A stretch of DNA of 64,000 bases from an uncultured Erysipelotrichaceae bacterium (GTDB lineage Bacteria > Bacillota_I > Bacilli_A > RFN20 > CAG-826): contig CACXNV010000006.1 of the NCBI GenBank assembly GCA_902769185.1, positions 1,062 to 65,061 on the forward strand, given 5' to 3'. The notes under the pieces are model-generated. The model did no database searches. It worked only from the letters and a program-made list of their open reading frames with translations, and was not told where the DNA came from. The first letter of the stretch is position 1, and each line of letters opens with the position of its first letter. The position numbers and the translations under genes are program-made. This document shows, piece by piece, positions 42,602 through 49,596 of the stretch.

Positions 42602-44051
42602 ATTTGATTTTTCTAGCGATTTGATGTGATGTCAATAAGGCGGTAGGAGTGCCTCCAATACATCTTGTCCACTGACCACAACAATATAGATTTTTAATTC
42701 CTTTAACTCGTCCTTCAGCAAAATAGAAACTCTTTAAATCTGTTAAGGAATATGATTGTAAGGCCCCAAAGGAAGTATGAGTTCTATTCTTTAATTCAAG
42801 TGGGCCAAAATGAGTAAGATATTTAATTCTTCCTTTTAAAGAAGGGTTCTTTTTAATAAGTGAATCAATCATCAAATCGATATTTTGTTTTGTAATTTTC
42901 TGATAATCATCCTTACTTAATGATTTGTAGTAGTGGTAGTCATGTTGATTTTGATCGACAAATAAAGAAACTACAGTTTTATGGTCTTTTATAAAATAGT
43001 CAGGATCAAAATTATATGGCCTTACTAAAAGATAATCTAATTCTTTATGCCCTATTTTTATTGGATCTATATTATATAAAGTTGGTCCGTTAATAGTAGA
43101 TAAATCTCCTTCAACTGTAACATAGACATTAAAGCAAGAAGAGATAGGATTTTTATTTATTCGTTTACGTGCTTTATTAATTTTATTAATTTGATATTTG
43201 TTATCTAGCAAATTATTTAATAAATATTGAGGATCCACACTAGAAACAACAGTGTGCGGCTTTAAGCTATTGTTTTTATTTGTTTTAATTTCTACGATTT
43301 TGTTGTTAGTGATTTCTAATTTAGTGACTTCTTCATTTAATAGTAGTCTACCTCCAAGAGATAAGAACCTATTTTTTATCCGTTCCACCATAAATTTGGA
43401 TCCTCCGCTAGGGAAGTCAGCGTTACCTTGAGAAAATAGGCTATATATATCAAATAAGAAAAACATATTGTTATAGCCCGTCATCATATTAGTAATCGCA
43501 AATCTAAGAGCGGGATTTTTAAATCTTCTCGCGTATTCTTCTCTAGATAAAGATAATGACTTAATAATTGAAGGCGATTTAAAGATGATTTTAGTTAAAT
43601 CAACGAAACTCTTTTTGCTTTTGCATTTAAGCGCATAACTCATTAATTTTTCCATCGCTTTGACTATAGAAAAGAATTTATTGATATTTCTTTTATCTTC
43701 TGGAGCAATAGCTAGCCACTCTAATCTTGTTTTTTCTAAGTCTCTTCCAAACTTTATATTAGCCCCGTTATAGTTAACAGTGACAAAGTTTTCTAACCTT
43801 ATGATTTTAACTTCATCATTAAGGGCATCGATGTTTTTCCATATTTCATAAATCTGGTTATCTTTTTGTGTACCCATTAACCAGTGAATACAAGTGTCAA
43901 TATAAAAACCATTAACGTCGTAGTAGGAGCATAATCCTCCGACGTTATCGTTTTTTTCAATGATTGTGACTTTATGTCCCTTTTGGAGTAATTCGATTCC
44001 AGCGTTAAGACCGGCAATTCCCCCACCGATGACAATGATTTCCTTACTCAT
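42600..44051 (-). CDS. FAD-dependent oxidoreductase (phytoene-desaturase/amine-oxidase superfamily)
   Basis: Dinucleotide-binding N-terminus IIVIGGGIAGLNAGIEL...IIEKNDNVGG. 483 aa. Confidence 0.7.
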   Translation of the reverse strand: MSKEIIVIGGGIAGLNAGIELLQKGHKVTIIEKNDNVGGLCSYYDVNGFYIDTCIHWLMGTQKDNQIYEIWKNIDALNDEVKIIRLENFVTVNYNGANIKFGRDLEKTRLEWLAIAPEDKRNINKFFSIVKAMEKLMSYALKCKSKKSFVDLTKIIFKSPSIIKSLSLSREEYARRFKNPALRFAITNMMTGYNNMFFLFDIYSLFSQGNADFPSGGSKFMVERIKNRFLSLGGRLLLNEEVTKLEITNNKIVEIKTNKNNSLKPHTVVSSVDPQYLLNNLLDNKYQINKINKARKRINKNPISSCFNVYVTVEGDLSTINGPTLYNIDPIKIGHKELDYLLVRPYNFDPDYFIKDHKTVVSLFVDQNQHDYHYYKSLSKDDYQKITKQNIDLMIDSLIKKNPSLKGRIKYLTHFGPLELKNRTHTSFGALQSYSLTDLKSFYFAEGRVKGIKNLYCCGQWTRCIGGTPTALLTSHQIARKIK

Positions 44052-44075
44052 CTTATATATATTTTAAAAAAATAA

Positions 44076-44104
44076 TTGTTGATAGAAAACAAGAGTGATA
44101 TATT
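44076..44104 (+). promoter_or_regulatory. Candidate promoter of the ABC-importer leader
   Basis: TTGTTG at 44076-44081, a 17-nt spacer, and an extended -10 TGaTATATT at 44096-44104. Confidence 0.45.
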
Positions 44105-44129
44105 TTTAACCAAGAAAAGAAGTAATTTT

Positions 44130-44189
44130 ATGAAATTTAGTAAGTATTATTTCTACTTTAGCTATTTCTATCCAAGAGGTAATCAATAG
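44130..44189 (+). CDS. Candidate regulatory leader peptide MKFSKYYFYFSYFYPRGNQ (5 Tyr + 4 Phe in 19 aa)
   Basis: Codons read directly: atg aaa ttt agt aag tat tat ttc tac ttt agc tat ttc tat cca aga ggt aat caa tag. The ORF lies inside a ~200-nt leader and overlaps the first arms of the alternative hairpins. The SD is weak (aagaag). Confidence 0.5.
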   Translation: MKFSKYYFYFSYFYPRGNQ

Positions 44190-44288
44190 ATCTTGGCTTT
44201 TTAGCTAGTAGGTGTGTTGATTACAAATATTAATCAAGCACCGAAATAAGTTGAAGAATTATCGGTGCCAAAAACACCGATTTTATTT
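44172..44288 (+). promoter_or_regulatory. Transcription attenuator: chained alternative hairpins ending in an intrinsic terminator
   Basis: All pairings are perfect complements. S1 gtaatcaa(44179-86) pairs with S2 ttgattac(44217-24). S2 ttgatta pairs with S3 taatcaa(44231-37), supported by ggtg(44211-14):cacc(44239-42). gcaccga(44238-44) pairs with tcggtgc(44262-68). The terminator is atcggtg(44261-67):caccgat(44275-81) followed by ttttattt. Confidence 0.6.
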
Positions 44289-44308
44289 AGAAGGAGGATT
44301 TATATCCT

Positions 44309-45325
44309 ATGAGAAAGAGATTATTTCTATTAACAGCATTACCGTTATTAATGGGTTCTTTAGTGGGGTGTGGCAGTAGTAGCGACGCCATTAAAGTTGG
44401 AATTCTTCAATACGCACCTGCGGAAGCGCTAGATATTGCGCGCTTAAGTTTTAAAGAAACTTTACTTAATTCCCCATTAATTAAAGGCGTCAAAAACATT
44501 GAATTTATTGAAAGATTTTCAATGGCGAAGGATGTTGATGATGTTAATTATGCAAAATCCTTAGTGACTAACTGTGATTTAATGCTTGGGATTGCTACTC
44601 CATCTGCAATTCATTTAAAAAACGAAAGAGATGAAGCTGGCAAGACTACCCCATTATTATTCACTGCAGTAACTGATCCTGTAGACGCTAGATTAGTGAA
44701 TGCTTATCCTCATCAAGGTGGTAACGTGACTGGCACTAGTGATGATAATCCAGTTGAATCCCAAATTAAATTAATCAAAAAGTGTATTGCTCATAAAGCT
44801 GCATCTGAAATTAGATTAGGTATTTTCTACACTAGTAGTGAATCTAATTCCGCTGTCCAAGCTAGAAGAGCAGAAAGTGCTGCTAAGTTAGAAGGACTGC
44901 TTGAAGAAAATATCTTTAACGAGCCATGTACAAGCATTGCTGACCTTCAAGCTAAATGTACAGCTCTAGCAAATAAAGTTGATGTCATCTATATTCCTAC
45001 TGATAACTTATGTGCTAGTAATATGAATATCATTAAACCTATTCTAGATAATGCTCATGTTTTGTGCATCGTTGGAGAAGAAGGAATGCTCAATGGCGGA
45101 CATATTACCTATAGTGTTTCTTATAGCTATTTAGGAAAAAGATGTGGTGAAATGGCCGCAGAAATCCTTTCTGGTAATAAGAAAATTCAAGATATTGATG
45201 TTGAAAAGTCATTAGACCCAAATGATTGGAATAAGGTTTATAGTTCTGCTAATATTGCTGACGCCAATCTAGGTTATTCAATTCCAGGCGATGTCTTAGA
45301 AGACTTTACTGATGTTTCAAAATAA
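44309..45325 (+). CDS. ABC importer substrate-binding lipoprotein, PF04392 (ABC_sub_bind, TrpX-like) family
   Basis: Lipobox LVGCGSS. Family-typical blocks IKVGILQY, LFTAVTDPV and GGNVTGTSD. Confidence 0.8.
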   Translation: MRKRLFLLTALPLLMGSLVGCGSSSDAIKVGILQYAPAEALDIARLSFKETLLNSPLIKGVKNIEFIERFSMAKDVDDVNYAKSLVTNCDLMLGIATPSAIHLKNERDEAGKTTPLLFTAVTDPVDARLVNAYPHQGGNVTGTSDDNPVESQIKLIKKCIAHKAASEIRLGIFYTSSESNSAVQARRAESAAKLEGLLEENIFNEPCTSIADLQAKCTALANKVDVIYIPTDNLCASNMNIIKPILDNAHVLCIVGEEGMLNGGHITYSVSYSYLGKRCGEMAAEILSGNKKIQDIDVEKSLDPNDWNKVYSSANIADANLGYSIPGDVLEDFTDVSK

Positions 45326-45328
45326 TTT

Positions 45329-46264
45329 ATGCCATACATTTTAAGTGTAATATTCAATATATTAACTAGTGGACTTCCGTGCTGCTTACTTGCTCTAGGA
45401 ATCTATCTCACCTTTAGAATTCTTGATTTTGCGGATTTAACCGCTGAAGGTAGCTTATTGATTGGTGGTTCATTTGCTATTGCTTTAATTAAGATTGGTG
45501 TTAATCCTTTTGTTGCTACTTTAGTAGCGACTATCGGAGGAGGACTTTGTGGTTATTTAACTTCAGTGTTTTATACTAAACTTAGAATTCCTAAGATCTT
45601 GTGCGGCATTATTACAATGACCGCCACTAGCTCAATTGCATTATTGATCTTAGGCTTAACTGATGGTACCCAATCATTTATCAATATTGTTTCTTTAGAT
45701 AGTAGTAATCAAACAGTGTTCTCTATATTCTATTTTGGTGATCCTATTTATAGACCTTTAATTAAAGCTGGAGTAATGCTTGCGTTTGTTGTTTTAATCT
45801 TTGTGATTATTTATTTCTTCTTTGGCACAGAATACGGTATTGCTATTAGAGCAACTGGTATCAATGAGAAGATGTCTAGAGCGCAAGGGATTAACACTAA
45901 AAGAGCTTCAATTGTGGCTTTAATTATTTCTAACGCCTTGATTGGTTTAGCAGGCGCTCTTATTTGTCAAAGTAATAGAGGTTGTTCAGTTGGTTATTCT
46001 ACTGGTTATTTAGTGGTTGGTTTAGCCTCCATTATTATTGGGGAGACCATCTTTGGTAATAAATCCTTTAGACGTAGCCTAATTGCTATCTCTATTGGGG
46101 CCATTATTTACTTTGTAATTATTAATGTCGCGATTGAACTTGGATTAAATGGCAACTTACTTAACTTGCTCTACGCTGTGTTAATTGTCTTTGCCTTATC
46201 CTTGCCTTTAATTAAACAAGGTATCTTGTATCTTGTTAAAGAAAGGAGGGAGAAACATGCTTGA
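45329..46264 (+). CDS. ABC importer permease (BPD_transp_2 type)
   Basis: 311 aa with about 9 TM helices. Family partner of PF04392 binding proteins. Confidence 0.8.
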   Translation: MPYILSVIFNILTSGLPCCLLALGIYLTFRILDFADLTAEGSLLIGGSFAIALIKIGVNPFVATLVATIGGGLCGYLTSVFYTKLRIPKILCGIITMTATSSIALLILGLTDGTQSFINIVSLDSSNQTVFSIFYFGDPIYRPLIKAGVMLAFVVLIFVIIYFFFGTEYGIAIRATGINEKMSRAQGINTKRASIVALIISNALIGLAGALICQSNRGCSVGYSTGYLVVGLASIIIGETIFGNKSFRRSLIAISIGAIIYFVIINVAIELGLNGNLLNLLYAVLIVFALSLPLIKQGILYLVKERREKHA

Positions 46265-47264
46265 ATTAGTTAATGTTATTAAAAAATTCAATATCAGTGG
46301 TAATAAAGAAGATGAAAGAACAGCTTTGGACCATGTTTCTTTACAAGTAAAGCCAGGGGAATTTGTCACTATTATTGGTGGAAATGGAAGCGGTAAGTCC
46401 ACAACCCTTAACATTGTTAGTGGCTCTTTAATTCCTGATAGCGGCAAAGTTTTATTAAACGGCTTTGATATCACCAAAATGAGTGAATATGAAAGAGCGG
46501 GGTATTTTGGTAGAGTCTTCCAAGATCCAATGGTGGGTACCGCTGCTAATATGTCGGTATATGAAAATCTTGAGATTGCCTATGCTAGAGGCAGAACTCA
46601 TAAGCCATGGAAATGGGGATTTTCTTCATCACATAAAAAATTCTTTATTGATGAATTAAAACGTTTTGATCTAGGACTAGAAGACCGCTTAAATCAAAAA
46701 GTAGGCGTCATGTCTGGAGGACAAAGGCAAGCTTTAACCCTCCTTATGGCGACTATTAGACAAAGACCATCAGAAAGAGTGATTAAACGTGATTATGTGA
46801 GGTTCTGTGAAACGGATAAACTTAAAGCCAAAGAAGAAGTGGAGCAAGGATTCTTGCTCGCTAAAAAAGAAAGAAAAAATGCTTTAACAGCTTTAAAAAC
46901 AGAATCACTTAACAAAGAAGAGCGTAAAGAAAGAATTACAAAAATTAATAGAGAATACGATTCAAAAATTTCTAAATTTGATTTAACCAAACAAATTCTT
47001 CTTTTAGATGAACACACTGCGGCCTTAGATCCTAAAACCGCTAGAAAAGTTTTAGAGTTAACAAATAAGACAGTTAGAGAAAATCATATGACCACATTAA
47101 TGGTCACTCATAATATGAAAGACGCTTTAACTTATGGGGACCGTTTAATTATGTTTCATTTAGGACATATCATCTTAGATGTTTCTGGAAAAGAAAAAGA
47201 TAAATTATCTGTTGAAGATTTGTTAAAAATGTTTGAAGACGCTGATAAGAAAGCGGAACAATAA
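46257..47264 (+). CDS. ABC importer ATPase with a ~75-aa insertion between the signature motif and Walker B
   Basis: Walker A GGNGSGKST, signature MSGGQRQ, Walker B ILLLDEHTAALD. SD aggaggg at 46244-46250 supports ATG46257. Confidence 0.85.
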   Translation: MLELVNVIKKFNISGNKEDERTALDHVSLQVKPGEFVTIIGGNGSGKSTTLNIVSGSLIPDSGKVLLNGFDITKMSEYERAGYFGRVFQDPMVGTAANMSVYENLEIAYARGRTHKPWKWGFSSSHKKFFIDELKRFDLGLEDRLNQKVGVMSGGQRQALTLLMATIRQRPSERVIKRDYVRFCETDKLKAKEEVEQGFLLAKKERKNALTALKTESLNKEERKERITKINREYDSKISKFDLTKQILLLDEHTAALDPKTARKVLELTNKTVRENHMTTLMVTHNMKDALTYGDRLIMFHLGHIILDVSGKEKDKLSVEDLLKMFEDADKKAEQ

Positions 47265-47282
47265 TTAATCTAAACTACAATG

Positions 47283-47311
47283 AACAACCGAACAAAACCG
47301 GTTGTTTTTTT
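47283..47311 (+). terminator. Intrinsic terminator
   Basis: An 8-bp stem aacaaccg/cggttgtt followed by T7. Confidence 0.8.
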
Positions 47312-47356
47312 GTTGCTTGATAAAAGTAATAACTAAGTTATAATGTAATTAACGCT

Positions 47357-48031
47357 ATGAGTCGAAAAAAAGAAGCAATGGTGGATTCTCTGCCATATAA
47401 AAAAGCTAATTGGTGGTATCGTTTTGTAAAGCGTTCTTTTGATATTTGGGTATCATTAATTGCTATTTTAATCTTATCTCCACTTTATCTTTTATTTATT
47501 ATTATCAATGCAATTTATACTAGAGGTCACCCAATCTTTTTTGATAAACGAATTGGTAAAGATCATAAACATATTAACGTCTATAAATATCGTTCTATGT
47601 ATTATGATGCAGAGACTAATGTTGATAAATATTTATCTAAAGCCCAAAAGAAACAGTGGAAGAAAGAAAGAAAAGTGGAAAATGATCCTCGTATCACTCC
47701 ATTTGGTAGAATTTTAAGAAAGACTTCTATTGATGAGTTACCTCAATTATTTAATATCTTATTTGGCTCTATGTCTTTTGTAGGACCTCGACCAATTACT
47801 GAAGGTGAATTAACTAATAACTTCACTAAAGAACAACAAGATATTATGTTGTCCGCTAGACCTGGCTTAATTGGTTATTGGGGAGTTAAAGGTAGAAGTA
47901 ATGTTGCCTTTGCTGATGGAGTGAGACAAAAATTAGAATTAGACTACTTTAAATTAAGAGGTATCTGGTTTGATTTAGGACTAATGTTTAGAGTCATTCC
48001 TGCAGTACTAAAAGGAAGCGGAGCGAAATAG
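47357..48031 (+). CDS. Phosphoglycosyl transferase (bacterial sugar transferase family, small WbaP/EpsL type)
   Basis: Single N-terminal TM helix. Conserved blocks DPRITPFGRILRKTSIDELPQLFNIL and SFVGPRP. Confidence 0.85.
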   Translation: MSRKKEAMVDSLPYKKANWWYRFVKRSFDIWVSLIAILILSPLYLLFIIINAIYTRGHPIFFDKRIGKDHKHINVYKYRSMYYDAETNVDKYLSKAQKKQWKKERKVENDPRITPFGRILRKTSIDELPQLFNILFGSMSFVGPRPITEGELTNNFTKEQQDIMLSARPGLIGYWGVKGRSNVAFADGVRQKLELDYFKLRGIWFDLGLMFRVIPAVLKGSGAK

Positions 48032-48034
48032 AAG

Positions 48035-48056
48035 AGACTTGAAAAAGTCTTTTTTT
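48035..48056 (+). terminator. Intrinsic terminator
   Basis: Stem agactt-gaaa-aagtct followed by T7. Confidence 0.7.
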
Positions 48057-48169
48057 AACGCCGCAACTGGCATTTGCAACCAAAAGTTGACAAAATTCTA
48101 ACTAGAGTTGGTGGAGTCTACTATAATAAAAATGTTAGATTGTTGCTATGAAAGTTGAGGACTGGAATT

Positions 48170-48934
48170 ATGACAATTGAAATCGCTGATCGATTAATTA
48201 AATTAAGAAAAAAGAATGGTTACTCTCAAGAAGAATTAGCGGATAAGTTAGGTTTATCTAGACAAGCTGTAAGTAAATGGGAAAGAGCGGAAGCTTCTCC
48301 AGACACTGATAATTTGATTTGTTTAGCTAAACTATACGGAGTGTCTTTAGATGAATTATTATCTACAGATGAAGATATCGACACGATTGTTAAAGAACAA
48401 GTTAAGGTACATGAAGAGAGCAGCGAAGAGAAGAAAGATAGTTCAATTACTTTAGAGGATGATGATGGCTCTAAAGTCGTTATTAAAGGAAGTCATATGG
48501 AATGTCTAGATAAAGACGGACATATCATCAAAAAGAAACCAAAAGATAAATTCTTATTATGGCTTGATACAGTTGACGGGATATTAACTGGCGCTGCTTT
48601 AATTACTTATGTTTTCTTAGGAGCATTTTTAAATATGTGGGCCTATGCCTGGATCTTCTTCTTTGTTCCTGAAATCATTTGTTCTGTAATTAGAGCAATC
48701 CATAAAAGAAATGCGAATAATGTGAATATGGCCTTTATCTCATTATTTACATTCTTCTTAGTGTGCTTATTCTTACCTAATTATATTCCTACCATGTCAA
48801 AAAGTTTATGGCACCCAATGTGGACAGTGTTCTTAGCGATTCCTTTATATCACAGCATTGTGGGCTCAATTAATAAAGCCCTTGGTAAAAAGGATATAGA
48901 TGACAAAATTGAAGTAGAAAAAGTAGATGAATAA
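48170..48934 (+). CDS. XRE-family HTH regulator fused to a C-terminal multi-pass membrane domain
   Basis: HTH_3 region (LRKKNGYSQEELADKLGLSRQAVSKWE) followed by an acidic linker and 3-4 TM helices. SD gagga supports ATG48170. Confidence 0.75.
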   Translation: MTIEIADRLIKLRKKNGYSQEELADKLGLSRQAVSKWERAEASPDTDNLICLAKLYGVSLDELLSTDEDIDTIVKEQVKVHEESSEEKKDSSITLEDDDGSKVVIKGSHMECLDKDGHIIKKKPKDKFLLWLDTVDGILTGAALITYVFLGAFLNMWAYAWIFFFVPEIICSVIRAIHKRNANNVNMAFISLFTFFLVCLFLPNYIPTMSKSLWHPMWTVFLAIPLYHSIVGSINKALGKKDIDDKIEVEKVDE

Positions 48935-48951
48935 TTACTAAAAGTTCACTC

Positions 48952-48982
48952 AAAAAAAGCTCCATTTAATGAAGCTTTTTTT
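48952..48982. terminator. Bidirectional terminator between convergent genes
   Basis: A7-gctcc-atttaat-gaagc-T7, with one mismatch in the stem. Confidence 0.6.
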
Positions 48983-48987
48983 CATAT

Positions 48988-49482
48988 TTACTTAGCGTAA
49001 TCTTCTAAAGTTAATTCTCGTTTTTTGAATAGGAAACAAAATGCAATATAAATGAAACAATTTAATACCAAATATGAAGATATAGCCATGATGATAAACA
49101 TTGAGCAAAATACAGAAACTGTATTTAATCTTGTACAAAGTATCACAATTGTAAGAATATCTAAGCCTAATCCAACGCCAGTTCCAACAAGGACAAAAAC
49201 AAGAAAAACTTTATTAATTGTCCCATCTGTATTAAAGGCAATATCCAATAAATGACTTTCTTTCTTTTTCCCTCGTAAAATAAAGATTATTTGAGCAATT
49301 GAAAAAACCAAAGTCAGAGATAAAGCAATTAAATCCAAAACTATATTTTCTGGATGAGCAACAATTACTTTATATAGGCAAAAAGATGTCAAAGCAATGC
49401 TGATAAATAGCAATAGTGACGCAATTGTTCTATAGGCAATTATTTTTCTTACACGAATATTCATAAAATTATTGTATATCAA
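48988..49482 (-). CDS. Membrane protein, unknown function (4-5 TM)
   Basis: 164-aa hydrophobic ORF. The internal + strand ORF 49052..49255 is judged spurious. Confidence 0.5.
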   Translation of the reverse strand: MIYNNFMNIRVRKIIAYRTIASLLLFISIALTSFCLYKVIVAHPENIVLDLIALSLTLVFSIAQIIFILRGKKKESHLLDIAFNTDGTINKVFLVFVLVGTGVGLGLDILTIVILCTRLNTVSVFCSMFIIMAISSYLVLNCFIYIAFCFLFKKRELTLEDYAK

Positions 49483-49505
49483 TAGACAAAAACATTAAAA
49501 GTAGA

Positions 49506-49533
49506 TTGCGAATTATTTATTCGCGTATATAAT
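49506..49533 (+). promoter_or_regulatory. Candidate promoter of the maltodextrin operon with an inverted repeat in the spacer
   Basis: TTGCGA at 49506-49511, a 16-nt spacer, TATAAT at 49528-49533. The inverted repeat gcgaat(49508-13)-N5-attcgc(49519-24) sits inside the promoter. Confidence 0.4.
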
Positions 49534-49596
49534 TGTATACGTACATATGTTGGGCTTATGCTCAGCAAAAAAATTTTTCAAAAGTAGGGACAATGT

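Noticed and set aside
44187-44211. Cluster of TAG/GAG triplets (tag..tagctagtag) as a TRAP-like binding site
   Set aside because: There are only 3-4 triplets with 0-1 nt spacers. TRAP sites need 9-11 (G/U)AG repeats spaced by 2-3 nt.
44105-44290. T-box riboswitch as the explanation for the ABC-importer leader (family members elsewhere are T-box regulated)
   Set aside because: I found no match to the conserved T-box 14-mer (AAnnnGGGTGGTACCGCG-like). The antiterminator has no UGGN bulge, and there is no obvious Stem I with a specifier loop or AG bulge. This rejection is by eye only, and an Infernal scan is still advisable.
48087-48127. TTGACA (48087-48092) and TATAAT (48122-48127) upstream of the XRE gene as a promoter
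   Set aside because: The two hexamers are 29 nt apart, far from the 16-18 nt optimum, and no acceptable -35 sits at the proper distance.
49534-49545. tgtatacgtaca just downstream of the maltodextrin -10 as a cre/LacI-type operator
   Set aside because: Only the outer 4 nt are palindromic, and it is a 12-mer rather than the 14-mer cre pattern (TGWAANCGNTNWCA). It is too weak to call.
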